Source: an uncultured Methanomicrobiales archaeon
GTDB taxonomy: Archaea; Halobacteriota; Methanomicrobia; Methanomicrobiales; Methanospirillaceae
NCBI GenBank assembly: GCA_963758915.1
Contig: CAVWXH010000009.1
Span: 128,001-192,000, forward strand
Direction: 5' to 3'
Length of the DNA stretch: 64,000 nucleotides
Part shown: piece by piece, positions 39,913 through 51,124 of the stretch
Numbering within the stretch: position 1 is the stretch's first letter
Layout: each line of letters starts with the position of its first letter
Translations under genes and position numbers: made by a program
Notes under the pieces: model-generated
What the model saw: only the letters and a program-made list of their open reading frames with translations
The model's database searches: none
Told to the model about the DNA's origin: nothing

Positions 39913-41697
39913 CTACGTGCGCTTGAAAAGGAGATCAAGCCGTTCCCGTGTGAATGAGATCATCACGGGTCTCCCGTGAGGGCAGGTCCATGGTTCATTT
40001 GTGCGGTAGAGCTGGTCAAGAAGTCTCTGGCACTGGCCAGAGGTGAGCACACTCCCTGCTTTTATCGCTCCATGACATGCAATCGTCCGCGCAAGTTGTT
40101 CGCCGGAGTCGGTCACGTGTTTCCGTGGCAATGAGATGAGGTCCCCTATAATGTCCCGTACCATCTCCCCGTCACCGGGTTTCCCAAGGATTACCGGGAC
40201 CATGCGGACCGCGTAGGTATCCTTCCCAAACTCTTCAAGAGAGAATCCCTTTTCCAGGAGGATCGGGAGGTAATCCCTCAGGATGCCGGATTCCGCAGGA
40301 GACAGGGTAAGTATCGTAGGTACGAGCAGTTCCTGGGCTTCCTGGCCCAGGTCCCGGAATGCGGTTACCTGCTCGTACAGGACCCGCTCATGTGCCGCAT
40401 GCTGGTCGATCAGCAGCAGTTCCCCAGACGGTGCCTGTGCAAGGATATACGCCCCGGCGTACTGGCCGAGATAGATGAAATCCGGCGCCCCATCACCGCT
40501 GCTGGCTGTTCCTTGGAATAGTTCTGACTGCCGCAGCCTCCGGTCTGACAGGAGGACCGCCCCATGTCCGGCCTCGGCAACGACCGGTGCGGGCCTTGCC
40601 CGATGATCATATCCCTGTGAAACGCTACCGGAAGGACCGGACTTCCGAATACTATGAAACCCGTCAGGCACCCGCGGTACAAGGTCGGCCCCTTTCAGCG
40701 CCCGTGAAACAGCCCCGGTAACCATTGCACAGATATCACGTTCGCGGGAGATGTGCACGATGCGTTTTGCGGGGTGGACATTGACATCGATATAGGAAGG
40801 GTCCAGCCCGAGATCCAGAAACGCCACGGGATAGCGGTTGTCAGGGAGCAGGGTGCCGTATCCTGCCCTTACCGCGTCAACGACCGCCCTCGCATACACC
40901 TGCCGGTTGTTGATGCTCACGAAAACCTGGTAGATGTTCTGTCGTGAAAGTGATGGTTTCGATATGTAACCGCTCAGGTTCAGCGGACCCTCCGTTATAG
41001 ACACCGGGATAAGTTCTTCAGCCGCACCACTCCCGTAGAGGGCAACAATGGTATCGAACAAGTCTCCGCTCCCTTCGGTTGAAACCCGTTCATTCCCGTT
41101 ACTGGAGAATAAAAATGCAATCCCGGGATTCGCCACCGCAAACGCCTCCATAACCCGTGTAATTGCGGCAACCTCGGAACCAACAGATTTCTGGAACTTT
41201 TTCCTCGCGGGAGTGTTGAAAAAGAGGTCGCGTACCGTGATGCTCGTTCCGGCAGGGGCCCCTGTCCCGGTTACCTTCTCAATGTCCCCACCCCGGATTA
41301 TTACCTCGGTCGCACTCTCTCCGCCATCCCGTTCCATGGTGACCAGAATAACCTCGGAAACAGCTGCAATACTCGCCAGGGCTTCCCCGCGGAACCCGAG
41401 TGTCCGGCAGCAGTCCAGGTCAGCGATACACTGGATCTTGCTTGTCGCATGCGGGGTAAACGCAATGCAGGCATCTTCCGCCCCCATCCCGCACCCGTTA
41501 TCAGTGATCCTGACAGACGTGATACCTTCGCGGCCAGACTCAAGAAGTACAATTATCCTGGTGGCACCGGCATCGATGGAATTCTCCACCAGCTCCTTGA
41601 CGACAGACGCAGGGCGCTCCACGACCTCGCCCGCAGCAATCTGGTTCACCGTGGCCTGATCAAGGAGCCTGATCCGGGGACTCTGCTTCTCCGCCAT
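39913..41697 (-). CDS. mutL: DNA mismatch repair endonuclease MutL
   Basis: IAAGEVVERP, GFRGEAL, DVNVHPAK, DQHAAHER, CPHGRP. Confidence 0.98.
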   Translation of the reverse strand: MAEKQSPRIRLLDQATVNQIAAGEVVERPASVVKELVENSIDAGATRIIVLLESGREGITSVRITDNGCGMGAEDACIAFTPHATSKIQCIADLDCCRTLGFRGEALASIAAVSEVILVTMERDGGESATEVIIRGGDIEKVTGTGAPAGTSITVRDLFFNTPARKKFQKSVGSEVAAITRVMEAFAVANPGIAFLFSSNGNERVSTEGSGDLFDTIVALYGSGAAEELIPVSITEGPLNLSGYISKPSLSRQNIYQVFVSINNRQVYARAVVDAVRAGYGTLLPDNRYPVAFLDLGLDPSYIDVNVHPAKRIVHISRERDICAMVTGAVSRALKGADLVPRVPDGFHSIRKSGPSGSVSQGYDHRARPAPVVAEAGHGAVLLSDRRLRQSELFQGTASSGDGAPDFIYLGQYAGAYILAQAPSGELLLIDQHAAHERVLYEQVTAFRDLGQEAQELLVPTILTLSPAESGILRDYLPILLEKGFSLEEFGKDTYAVRMVPVILGKPGDGEMVRDIIGDLISLPRKHVTDSGEQLARTIACHGAIKAGSVLTSGQCQRLLDQLYRTNEPWTCPHGRPVMISFTRERLDLLFKRT

Positions 41698-44469
41698 TTA
41701 CCCGCTCCCCTGCCCGGTACTATCCATGTCCCCATCCCGCTTATCATCCTTGCTGATACCAGCTGAATGCCGGGGCATAGAGGGATTCTCCATATTCCTG
41801 AACTTTTCAGGGCCCCCGGAATTCCCACTTTTAACCCTTTTCTGGAGTTCATTGAGCCACGTGAGTGCTTCAACCGGGGTCATGGTATCTACCGAGAGTC
41901 CCTCTATCTCCAGCAATACGGGGTCTCTTGGAGCCACCGGTGTATCAACGAGGAGCATCTGGGTATACCTCCTTACTTTTCCGCCGGGATTTGTATCCCT
42001 GTCTTCGACATCGTTCATGATCGTGTTCGCACGGGCGATCACTTTTCTCGGGACCCCCGCAATCTGGGCAACATGGATCCCGTAACTCTTATCGGTCGCA
42101 CCAGGGATGATCTTTCTGAGGAATACCACCTCTTTGCCGGTATCCCTTACTGCAAAGTGGTAATTTCTTACCCTGGGGAGGTCGGATTCAATTCCAACGA
42201 TCTCGTGGAAATGCGTGGCAAAAAGTGTCCTCGGGCCGGAACCTCCTTTCCCGTGGAGAAATTCCAGTACCGCTTTTGCGATGCAGAACCCGTCGAGCGT
42301 GGAGGTTCCCCTCCCGATCTCGTCGAGGATTACCAGGCTCTTTTTTGTCACGTTGTTTAAGATATTTGCGAGTTCTATCATCTCGACCATGAAGGTCGAC
42401 TGGCCGGAGGCCAGGTCATCAAAGGCCCCGACCCTGGTAAAAATCCTGTCAACGACCCCGATCTCTGCATAGGACGCGGGGACAAAACTCCCCATCTGGG
42501 CCATGATGGTAATCAGGGCAACGGAGCGCATATAGGTGGATTTCCCAGCCATGTTCGCCCCGGTGATGATCAGTACCTGTTCACCGGCCGCATCAATCAT
42601 GACATCATTTGGGACAAAACCACCGGTCATCCGGTACTCGACAACCGGATGCCGCCCTTCCCGGATAAGGTGACGGTTCCCGGGATCAACCTTCGGCCTT
42701 ACATACTGATATTTGCGGGCGGATTCAGCGAGGGCCGCGAACAGGTCGAGGTGCCCGATACCCTCCGCAGAGGACTGGATTGCCGGCACCACCTCCTGCA
42801 GTTCACGGAGAAGGGCTGAATAGAGGATTGCCTCCCGTGCGAGCAGCCGTTCGTCAGCATTGGCAATACTTGCCTCCTTCTCCCGGAGGGACGGAATGGT
42901 GAACCGTTCACCCGTCGACGTGGTCTGTTTCCTCTCGTAGGATGGCGGGACAAGGCTGAGGTTTGGCTTTGTTACCTCGATATAATACCCGAATACAGAA
43001 TTATAGCCCACTTTTAAGGACTTGATCCCGGTTGTGGCCCGTTCTTCCTGCTGTAGCTGTACAATCCAGTCTTTCCCAGACCCGGACACACCCCTCAGGT
43101 CGTCAAGCTCGCTATCATAGCCTTCCCTGATCACCATGCCATTCTTTACCGTTGCCGGGGGATCGTCCACAATTGCCCGCTGGATGAGGTCAATTGTTGC
43201 ACGATGGTCCATAAGGGACAAGAGTGCATTTCGTATCGCCTGGGGAAGATCATCAGTCCCTGTCTCGATCAGCGACCTGATATCCGGGATTGCCCGGAGC
43301 GACCAGGACAGGGTGAAGAGGTCACGCGGACCTGCGTTTCCATAGGATATCCTGCCGGCAATACGGGAGATGTCACTGCACCGGGATAACAGGTCACGGA
43401 GAGCAGCACGGACGGGTGCATGCGAGGCAAAATAAGCAACCGCATCAAGGCGTGCATTGATCTCTTCATGGTCAAGGAGTGGGTTGGTAAGGCACCGGAC
43501 AAGAAGGCGGCTCCCCATAGGGGTCTTTGTCAGGTCAAGAGTCTTTTTCAGGGTCCCGTCCTCTCCCCCGTCACGGATATTGTTGAGCACCTCGAGGTTC
43601 CGGAGCGTTACGGCGTCGAGCACCATGGTACCGGTGACCGTGCGGTCAGAAATACCCGTGATATGCGGCAGTTCTTTCCCCTGCGTCTCTTTTGCATACG
43701 ATAATGCTCCCCCCAGTGCCCTGACCGCCGATCCCCGGGATAAGAGGCCGAACCCATCAAGCGATGCCACATGAAAATGCGACATCAACACCTCTTTTGC
43801 CCTCTCAAGACCGAATACCTCCTGCTTCCACTGTGTTACAGGGACCCCGCGGTCCCTGATAAGGGTGATCGCCAGGGGGTCAGTGCCCGGTGAAACTATG
43901 CATTCCCCGGGGTGATACTTCGCAATTTCCGCATCAAGTGACTGGAAATGGTTCTCCTTCGGGCATACAGAGTAGAAAAACTCCCCGGTGGTGATATCAA
44001 GAAATGCCGCTGACACGACCCCGGCAGTGCTGTCTTCAGCAACGGCCATGAGATAGGCGGCAGCAGTTGAGGGTACCATTGATGGATCAATCACGGTCCC
44101 GGGTGTAATCACACGGGTGAGCTGCCTTTTTACGATCCCTTTTGACTCTTTCGGGTCACCCACCTGGTCGACAACCGCCACGCGGTAACCCTTCCTGACA
44201 AGGCGCGCGATGTACGCATCGAACGCATGGCACGGAACACCTGCAAGCGGGATTTTTTCTCCGTCTGAACCTTTTGAACGGGAGGTCAGGACGATATCGA
44301 GCTCCCTCGAGACCACCTCTGCATCGGTCCAGAAAGTCTCATAAAAATCGCCGATCTGGAAGAAGAGTATAGAGTCGCCGCACTCTTTCTTGAGCGTATG
44401 ATATTGCTCCATTACGGGAGTAAGGCGTTTTCCGCTGCCTTCATTCCCAGCTCCGGTCTCCTGCGGCAT
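41698..44469 (-). CDS. mutS: DNA mismatch repair protein MutS1
   Basis: GDFYE, TGANMAGKST, STFMVEM, DEIGRGTS, FATH, SYGIHVA. Confidence 0.98.
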   Translation of the reverse strand: MPQETGAGNEGSGKRLTPVMEQYHTLKKECGDSILFFQIGDFYETFWTDAEVVSRELDIVLTSRSKGSDGEKIPLAGVPCHAFDAYIARLVRKGYRVAVVDQVGDPKESKGIVKRQLTRVITPGTVIDPSMVPSTAAAYLMAVAEDSTAGVVSAAFLDITTGEFFYSVCPKENHFQSLDAEIAKYHPGECIVSPGTDPLAITLIRDRGVPVTQWKQEVFGLERAKEVLMSHFHVASLDGFGLLSRGSAVRALGGALSYAKETQGKELPHITGISDRTVTGTMVLDAVTLRNLEVLNNIRDGGEDGTLKKTLDLTKTPMGSRLLVRCLTNPLLDHEEINARLDAVAYFASHAPVRAALRDLLSRCSDISRIAGRISYGNAGPRDLFTLSWSLRAIPDIRSLIETGTDDLPQAIRNALLSLMDHRATIDLIQRAIVDDPPATVKNGMVIREGYDSELDDLRGVSGSGKDWIVQLQQEERATTGIKSLKVGYNSVFGYYIEVTKPNLSLVPPSYERKQTTSTGERFTIPSLREKEASIANADERLLAREAILYSALLRELQEVVPAIQSSAEGIGHLDLFAALAESARKYQYVRPKVDPGNRHLIREGRHPVVEYRMTGGFVPNDVMIDAAGEQVLIITGANMAGKSTYMRSVALITIMAQMGSFVPASYAEIGVVDRIFTRVGAFDDLASGQSTFMVEMIELANILNNVTKKSLVILDEIGRGTSTLDGFCIAKAVLEFLHGKGGSGPRTLFATHFHEIVGIESDLPRVRNYHFAVRDTGKEVVFLRKIIPGATDKSYGIHVAQIAGVPRKVIARANTIMNDVEDRDTNPGGKVRRYTQMLLVDTPVAPRDPVLLEIEGLSVDTMTPVEALTWLNELQKRVKSGNSGGPEKFRNMENPSMPRHSAGISKDDKRDGDMDSTGQGSG

Positions 44470-44636
44470 TCTGGTTTACCATTAGGAAAACAGATCGGAA
44501 ATATCTCGCGGTATGAGTACCAGGTTTCCTGAGTCTTCGTCCCCAATCACGGGAACATTCCCCTGGCTGTAACCGGAACATATCATTATCAGTACGAATG
44601 GAAGGTTAATAGCAGTCCAGAAACGATTGTATATAC

Positions 44637-45107
44637 ATGACGGATGGTGGAAAACCACGCATTGCGGTTCTTGAGACGACGATGGGAACTATTTCTATTG
44701 AACTCGACAACAACATGCCAATCACTGCAGGGAATTTTGAAAAGCTCGTAAAAGAGGGATATTATGACGGGGTCATATTCCACCGGATTATCGACGGTTT
44801 TATGGTCCAGGGCGGGGATCCGACCGGTACCGGGTGCGGAGGACCGGGTTATGCAATCCGCGATGAATTTACACCCCCCAGCAAAAACAACCGCGGTACC
44901 ATTTCGATGGCTAATTCCGGACCGAACACAGGGGGGAGCCAGTTTTTCATCAACCTGGTAAATAACAACTTCCTCGACGGCCGCCACCCGGCCTTCGGAA
45001 AGGTCACTTCCGGGATGGACGTGGTGGATAAGCTCGCTAAAGTCCCAAAGGACGCCAGTGACAGGCCAAAAACGACGGTGAAAATAATTAAGGCAACGAT
45101 GCAGTAA
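44637..45107 (+). CDS. Cyclophilin-type peptidyl-prolyl isomerase
   Basis: FHRII.GFMVQGGDPTGTG, MANSGPNTGGSQFFI. Confidence 0.96.
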   Translation: MTDGGKPRIAVLETTMGTISIELDNNMPITAGNFEKLVKEGYYDGVIFHRIIDGFMVQGGDPTGTGCGGPGYAIRDEFTPPSKNNRGTISMANSGPNTGGSQFFINLVNNNFLDGRHPAFGKVTSGMDVVDKLAKVPKDASDRPKTTVKIIKATMQ

Positions 45108-45304
45108 GACCTTTTTTTAATTTTTTTTCACGACACCAGGGTTTCAACTACAGGTAACAGCGCCCCATTACGTCTCCTCATTACGTTATACCTGTGTTCT
45201 ACCAGATCATGCGGGCAGGATATCCCCTCCGGCAATAGTTCATACGTTGCCCCGGCAAAAACCCCTGGGAAATACAGAAATAAGCTCGTGACCAATTGAC
45301 GGGT

Positions 45305-47470
45305 ATGCCGTCCCATGAAAACAAGGGTCCAGCAGGAAAAAAAGGGCCGAAAAACCTGAATCGGCTCTCCGGGGAAAGCAGCCCTTACCTGCTCCAGCAT
45401 GCAGACAACCCGGTTGAATGGTACCCGTGGGGGGATGAGGCATTCCAGCTGGCAAAGATTCAGGACCGTCCGGTTTTCCTCTCGATCGGGTACTCGACGT
45501 GCCACTGGTGTCACGTGATGGCGCATGAATCATTCGGGGACGAGGAAGTGGCCACCCTGCTGAACAGGGCATTTATCTGCATCAAGGTGGACAGGGAAGA
45601 GCGTCCTGACATTGATGCACTCTATATGTCGGTTGCCCAGGCACTCACGGGATCAGGCGGATGGCCGCTCACCATCATTATGACACCCGAAAGAGAACCC
45701 TTTTTTGCAGCGACCTATATCCCGAAGGAGAGCAGGTTCGGGTCGAATGGGCTCCTTGACCTCATACCCGCTATCGAGACCTTCTGGAAAACCCGGCGGA
45801 GCGATATCCGGGAGACGGTAGAAAAGATTACCCGTGCACTTCAACACGGGGAGAGAACGAGAGTGGGTCAGCCAGTGACCGAAACGCTCCTCCATGCCGC
45901 ATACCACGACCTTGCACTGCGGTTCGATGCAAGCAACGGAGGGTTTTCCACTGCACCGAAATTCCCGACACCCCACACCATATCGTTTCTTCTCCGGTAC
46001 TGGAGGAGGACGGGTAAAAAAAATGCACTCGCGATGGTTGAGAAAACACTTCACGCAATGTCATACGGGGGAATTTATGACCATCTCGGGTATGGGTTCC
46101 ACCGGTATTCAACAGACTCACGGTGGCTCGTGCCACATTTTGAGAAAATGCTGTACGACCAGGCATTGCTCGTGACCGCCTATACAGAAGCATACCTCGC
46201 GACAGGTACCAGGTCATTTCGGACAACTGCAGAGGAGTGCCTTACATACCTCCTCCGCGATATGCGTGATCCGGGCGGAGGGTTTTACTCGGCGGAAGAC
46301 GCTGATAGCGAAGGAATTGAAGGGAAATTCTATCTCTGGAAAAAGAAAGAGATCGAGGAGGTGCTTGGCGATGATGCTCCCGGGTTTATCGGCACCTACC
46401 ACGTTAAGCAGGAAGGGAATTTCCTCTCACAGGAGACCGGGCAACGGACGGGAGAGAATATACTGCACCTTACGGACCCTCCGGGACATCCTGAATCAAT
46501 GGTCAGGGTAACGGAAGATGAAGGTATTGCGAGGATTTCCCGTGGACGGGAACACCTTTTCGCCTTCCGGAAGACCAGGGAACCGCCCCTGAAAGATGAC
46601 AAGGTACTGGCTGACTGGAACGGCCTTGTTATCTCGGCTCTTTCTCTTGCTGCGCGCGCATTCGGGGATGACCGGTATCTCGAAGCAGCAACCGGTGCAG
46701 CGGATTTCATTCTCGGGACAATGCGGTCCGGGAACGGGGAGCTCTTCCACCGGTACAGGAATGGGCAGCCGGGCATCCGCGGGGTTGCATCTGATTACGC
46801 TTACCTCTGCGCGGGGCTCCTTGACCTGTATGAACTTACATTTTCACCAGAATACCTGGAGGCCGCGATTGGGATCGAGGCATATTTCACCTGTCATTTC
46901 CTTGACAGCAGGGACGGAGGATATTTCACTTCCCACGAAGACGAGACAGATCTCATCATCCGGCAGAAAGATATCTATGATGGTGCGCTCCCTTCAGTCA
47001 ACTCGGTTGCCATGAAAAATCTTGTACGGCTCGGGCTGATGACAGCCAACACGGATTACCACGCACGGGCATGGGACCTTGCAGGGACCTTCTCAACGCT
47101 CGTTGAGCAGTCACCTGCAGCATATACGGCATTTCTTTCATCCCTCGATTTTGGTCTTGGACCGGCATCCAGCGTGGTAATAGTCGGCGATGACGGGGCT
47201 CCCGGAACGGTTGCCATGAAAGCAGCAATAAATTCCCGGTATTTACCGTCTGTTGTGGCCCTCCATAGGCCTGGAGGGGACGGGCCGTTCGAAATCGACC
47301 GTATATCGGGATTTACAGGGGAAATGAGAGAAACCGGAGGAAAAACTACCGCCTATGTCTGCAAAAACCACGCATGTTCCTATCCGGCTACCGATGCGGA
47401 TATCATGGTCGCGGAACTTGAAAAGATGTATGAACGGCCGGAGAACCAGGACCCCATAAAAAAGGGTTAG
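45305..47470 (+). CDS. YyaL/SSP411-family thioredoxin-domain + alpha/alpha-toroid protein
   Basis: [35 protein letters not shown]. Confidence 0.93.
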   Translation: MPSHENKGPAGKKGPKNLNRLSGESSPYLLQHADNPVEWYPWGDEAFQLAKIQDRPVFLSIGYSTCHWCHVMAHESFGDEEVATLLNRAFICIKVDREERPDIDALYMSVAQALTGSGGWPLTIIMTPEREPFFAATYIPKESRFGSNGLLDLIPAIETFWKTRRSDIRETVEKITRALQHGERTRVGQPVTETLLHAAYHDLALRFDASNGGFSTAPKFPTPHTISFLLRYWRRTGKKNALAMVEKTLHAMSYGGIYDHLGYGFHRYSTDSRWLVPHFEKMLYDQALLVTAYTEAYLATGTRSFRTTAEECLTYLLRDMRDPGGGFYSAEDADSEGIEGKFYLWKKKEIEEVLGDDAPGFIGTYHVKQEGNFLSQETGQRTGENILHLTDPPGHPESMVRVTEDEGIARISRGREHLFAFRKTREPPLKDDKVLADWNGLVISALSLAARAFGDDRYLEAATGAADFILGTMRSGNGELFHRYRNGQPGIRGVASDYAYLCAGLLDLYELTFSPEYLEAAIGIEAYFTCHFLDSRDGGYFTSHEDETDLIIRQKDIYDGALPSVNSVAMKNLVRLGLMTANTDYHARAWDLAGTFSTLVEQSPAAYTAFLSSLDFGLGPASSVVIVGDDGAPGTVAMKAAINSRYLPSVVALHRPGGDGPFEIDRISGFTGEMRETGGKTTAYVCKNHACSYPATDADIMVAELEKMYERPENQDPIKKG

Positions 47471-47943
47471 AGATTCTTCAGCGCCACAAGGTCTTTCACA
47501 CCGGTAAGTTTCCAGACAAGGGACCGTTCCTCTCTTGCAATTGCTTCAGGCGGGTCAAGCGGGGAATGACCGAGCGCTGCGAGGATATTCATAGAGAGGT
47601 GCTTTTCCTTGATTAAATCGATAAATCGCTGCCTGATAATTTTTTTCTCGATCGAATCATGCACTTCTTCAAGGTACCCCTGCATGGTAACGAAGGTGTA
47701 ACAGGAGAGGTCTTTCGTATATTTTTCCACCTCTACCGAAACATAGGGGCTTTTCCTGAAGTATTCGATCTTCTTCCCGTATTTTGTAGAGATGAAGTAT
47801 ATGAACTGACCGTCAAAAACATAAAGAAACGGGGCGATGTAGGGGTATTTTTCGCCCTGGAATGCAATACGGCTGATATATCCCTCTTCAATCAGGCGGT
47901 CATACTCCTCTTTTTCCATCCTTGGGATCTTTACAATCTCCAT
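47467..47943 (-). CDS. Pyridoxamine-5'-phosphate-oxidase-like (NimA-type) FMN-binding protein
   Basis: RIAF...YPYIAP..Y, YGKKI, P.VSVEVE. Confidence 0.85.
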   Translation of the reverse strand: MEIVKIPRMEKEEYDRLIEEGYISRIAFQGEKYPYIAPFLYVFDGQFIYFISTKYGKKIEYFRKSPYVSVEVEKYTKDLSCYTFVTMQGYLEEVHDSIEKKIIRQRFIDLIKEKHLSMNILAALGHSPLDPPEAIAREERSLVWKLTGVKDLVALKNL

Positions 47944-48159
47944 TCCGATCTTATGTGAATATCCGGCATGTATTGATAAATATTTGTAATTTATTTCCGG
48001 AATAGTACTCTCCATGAGACCACCCGGACAACACCTGAAAAACAACGGGTTATCCCGTTTACGAAGCCGGGATCAGACCGGAACACTGGTTGGACAACTC
48101 CTTACATCAGGCTGCTTTCATTGGAATATTCCAGTTGATAAAAAATGAAATGTACCCGG

Positions 48160-49533
48160 TTATTTTTCCACGGGAAGACCTGCCCCGGACCACCCGGCCA
48201 TGCCACCAAGGATATTTGTTACACGCGGGTAGCCATGAATTGAAAGGAAACTTGCAGCAAGGCAGCCCTTGTACCCCGCATCACAGTAGAGAACAATGTC
48301 TGCGTCCCGCGGCACATCCACGATTCTCCGGGGGAGATCCCCTACATACATATGGTGGTCACCGGGGATATGTCCCGCTTTTTCCCGGTTATGGATATCG
48401 CGGACATCGAGAATGTATAATTCATTGATGGATGACTCAATTGCCGTATGGAGGTCATAAACAGACCATACCCGGTGCCTGTTGAAACGTTCCCCTGCTT
48501 TATACCATCCCGGGAAACCCCCGGCAAGGTACCCTTTCAGGTTATCGTACCCGAGCCTGATAAACTGCCGTATGACAGGTCCCAGGTCGAGATTGAAATC
48601 ATCAACAAGGATGACCGGGGCCTCGTAGTTAAGGAACCAGCCCATGTATGCCGGAAGGCCTTCACGCCAGACAGAGAGGCTCCCATCGATATGCCCTGAT
48701 CCGAAACTGCCGGGGGCCCTGATATCCAGGAGCTGTGCCCCCCTGCCGGCCAGTTCCTTCACATCGTGGTTATTATAGGGGATAAGTTCCGGTAGATGTC
48801 CGATAATCAACGGGCCTTTTTGGTTGACAACTTCCATCGTCCGGAAATACGGGGGGACGTAATGGTGCTCGCTTGTTTTATATTCAATAAAAGCCAGCCG
48901 GTCCTTCTGGAGAAGGGGGTTTGTTTTTTTCTCATATCCGGTTGTGGTCAACGGGTGATCAACAATGTCTGCCCCGCAGACCGACCCTGCTCCATGGGCC
49001 GGGTAGAGCAGGACCGCGTCTCCGAGGGGAAGGATCTTGTTCCAGATACTATCGTAGAGCATGCCGGCTGCCTCTTCACCCTTTCCCCTGCCAAAGAGAT
49101 CGGTCCTGCCGACATCCCCCGCGAACAATGCGTCCCCGGTAAATACCAGGTACGGGTCACCAGAGACTTTCTTATCCCTGACGACAAGCGATATACTGTC
49201 TGGAGTATGACCGGGGGTCTCGAGCACGGAGATTTCGAGGTCCCCGACCATGAAGCTCATCCCCTCTTCAACCCTGGTCCCAAAGGAGAAGGCGGTCACA
49301 GGACCATGATAAATTGCAGCGCCTGAACGTTTTGCAAGCTCACAAGAACCGGTCACGTAGTCTTCATTCCGGTGTGTCTCAAAAATACAGGTGATCTGCT
49401 GATCGAGCCCCCCTGCGATATCGAGGTACACATCGCAGTCCCTGCGTGGGTCAATAACTGCCGCTTTCCTTCCGGACCCGATATAATAAGAGTGGTGGGC
49501 GAGGCCTTCCGAAGTTACCTGTCGTAATATCAT
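48160..49533 (-). CDS. MBL-fold protein fused to two rhodanese domains
   Basis: IDPRRD, TPGHT, FTGDALFAGDVGRTDL, PAHGAGS.C, GHIDG/GHIPG, YCDAGYKG, GGMAGW. Confidence 0.92.
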   Translation of the reverse strand: MILRQVTSEGLAHHSYYIGSGRKAAVIDPRRDCDVYLDIAGGLDQQITCIFETHRNEDYVTGSCELAKRSGAAIYHGPVTAFSFGTRVEEGMSFMVGDLEISVLETPGHTPDSISLVVRDKKVSGDPYLVFTGDALFAGDVGRTDLFGRGKGEEAAGMLYDSIWNKILPLGDAVLLYPAHGAGSVCGADIVDHPLTTTGYEKKTNPLLQKDRLAFIEYKTSEHHYVPPYFRTMEVVNQKGPLIIGHLPELIPYNNHDVKELAGRGAQLLDIRAPGSFGSGHIDGSLSVWREGLPAYMGWFLNYEAPVILVDDFNLDLGPVIRQFIRLGYDNLKGYLAGGFPGWYKAGERFNRHRVWSVYDLHTAIESSINELYILDVRDIHNREKAGHIPGDHHMYVGDLPRRIVDVPRDADIVLYCDAGYKGCLAASFLSIHGYPRVTNILGGMAGWSGAGLPVEK

Positions 49534-49694
49534 CCATTTGTCCTCTCTTTCTTTTAGGACGACCGTGTATAATAGTTGTATACAGCACCGTCCCTGCTGG
49601 GACGGGGATACTTCATGGTTCCGGATACCAGCCCTTCCAGAATGGTCATGTGATGCAGGAAGTTACTTATTTTAGCGTGTGAAAAATCCAGACT

Positions 49695-50261
49695 ATGAAA
49701 AAGAACCATGTTCATATTCTCCTGCTCGTTGTTATTCTTGCGATGTTTGGCATGGTTACAGGCTGTACGAATACCATGATTGCTGAACGGACATCGGTTG
49801 ATGGTACCGGGGTTTTGAATCTCCCTGATAAGTTCGGTTCATCCTTGAGAATTACCGGCGATGACGGGCTTATCTATATCCCGTCACCCTTCCCGCACGA
49901 CCACTTCAAAAACAATGACAAGGTCGCATTTTCGGGGAGCCCAATTCCTAACCCCTACTACCCTGTCCAGACAGGAATTCCGGTTGATCTCATCCTTCTG
50001 CGGCAAATATCCGGCGATAACGGGTACATCTATGGTATAGGCAACGTGACCTATATCACCACCGAAGGAGGATTTTATGGGATTGTGGTTGATACCGGGG
50101 GTAAATCTGGTGTCGTACGGTACTTACCGCTTGACCTCGATCCCGAGTTTTCACAGGACGGAATTAGGGTCTCGTTCACTGCATACGGGAGACCTGATGT
50201 AATAACGATTTCTCAATGGGGCCTTCCGATCAATATCGTCAGGATGAAAAAACTCACGTAA
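49695..50261 (+). CDS. Putative lipoprotein with an internally duplicated beta domain
   Basis: VTGC lipobox-like signal; two similar ~70-aa halves. Confidence 0.65.
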   Translation: MKKNHVHILLLVVILAMFGMVTGCTNTMIAERTSVDGTGVLNLPDKFGSSLRITGDDGLIYIPSPFPHDHFKNNDKVAFSGSPIPNPYYPVQTGIPVDLILLRQISGDNGYIYGIGNVTYITTEGGFYGIVVDTGGKSGVVRYLPLDLDPEFSQDGIRVSFTAYGRPDVITISQWGLPINIVRMKKLT

Positions 50262-50410
50262 CAGGGACACTACCACTTTTTTTTGGAACGCCACGCCAAT
50301 TGTAATCGTATTCCCATTTTTTATTCGTTCACTGCCACGGTACATCACCGCCGTGGCACAATGGAATCAATTACTTGGTTTGAGGTGATATTCTAAGGCA
50401 GGATAATCAA

Positions 50411-51124
50411 ATGGTGGATGACTATACCCCTGTCAACCGGACGCGCGAGGGGGTCAGCGCGGTTATATTTGACATGGATAATACCCTCTTTGACCTTATT
50501 GGTGCAAAGATGGCAGCCTGTGACACCGTATCAGAGTACCTTGGGAGGGATGATGGCCAGGACCTCTTTGGTTATTTTCTCAGGCCGGACTGGGGATTCG
50601 AGGACTGGCGGAACATACGTGATTACCTCATTGAAAGGGATATTTTTACAATTCCAGGGTATTATGAGGTCTGCAGCCTGTACGAGCAGGAGAAACTGAA
50701 CAATATCAGCGCATATCCCGGGGTCACTGAAGTAGTCCTTGAAATCCGGGAAAAAGGGGTTCCCCTCGGACTGGTTACTGACGCAGATATGTACCATGCA
50801 AGACGCCGGTTAGAGAAAGCCGGTCTTTCCGGTGCATTCGACCACATCATCACCTACGAGATGACCGGGAGAAAAAAACCCGATACCGCACCATTCCGGC
50901 TCGCACTCAGGAAACTTGGCAGCGAAAGTTCTGTGACGGCGATGATTGGTGACAGCCCTCACCGCGACCTGGCACCCGCCCGTGAGGTCGGGATGCAGAC
51001 ATTTTATGCCCGGTATGGCGACCGTTTAGCGGATACACGTGGCGAAGTCCCCGCAGAATATGTACTGAATACGATTCTTGACCTTCCCGGGCTGCTCTAT
51101 CCCCTATTCCGACAACCCTGCTGA
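50411..51124 (+). CDS. HAD-superfamily hydrolase
   Basis: FDMDNTL, VTD, KKPD, IGDS..RD. Confidence 0.93.
   Translation: MVDDYTPVNRTREGVSAVIFDMDNTLFDLIGAKMAACDTVSEYLGRDDGQDLFGYFLRPDWGFEDWRNIRDYLIERDIFTIPGYYEVCSLYEQEKLNNISAYPGVTEVVLEIREKGVPLGLVTDADMYHARRRLEKAGLSGAFDHIITYEMTGRKKPDTAPFRLALRKLGSESSVTAMIGDSPHRDLAPAREVGMQTFYARYGDRLADTRGEVPAEYVLNTILDLPGLLYPLFRQPC

Noticed and set aside
587-41659. Long antisense or alternate-frame ORFs (e.g. 587-1315, 24261-25100, 27437-28333, 32791-33840, 41048-41659)
   Set aside because: They shadow well-supported genes and have no motifs; expected at this GC content
39844-50366. Isolated short palindromes at 39844-39860, ~49588-49606 and ~50333-50358
   Set aside because: Single 7-8-bp stems with no recurrence; could be operators or terminators but unsupported
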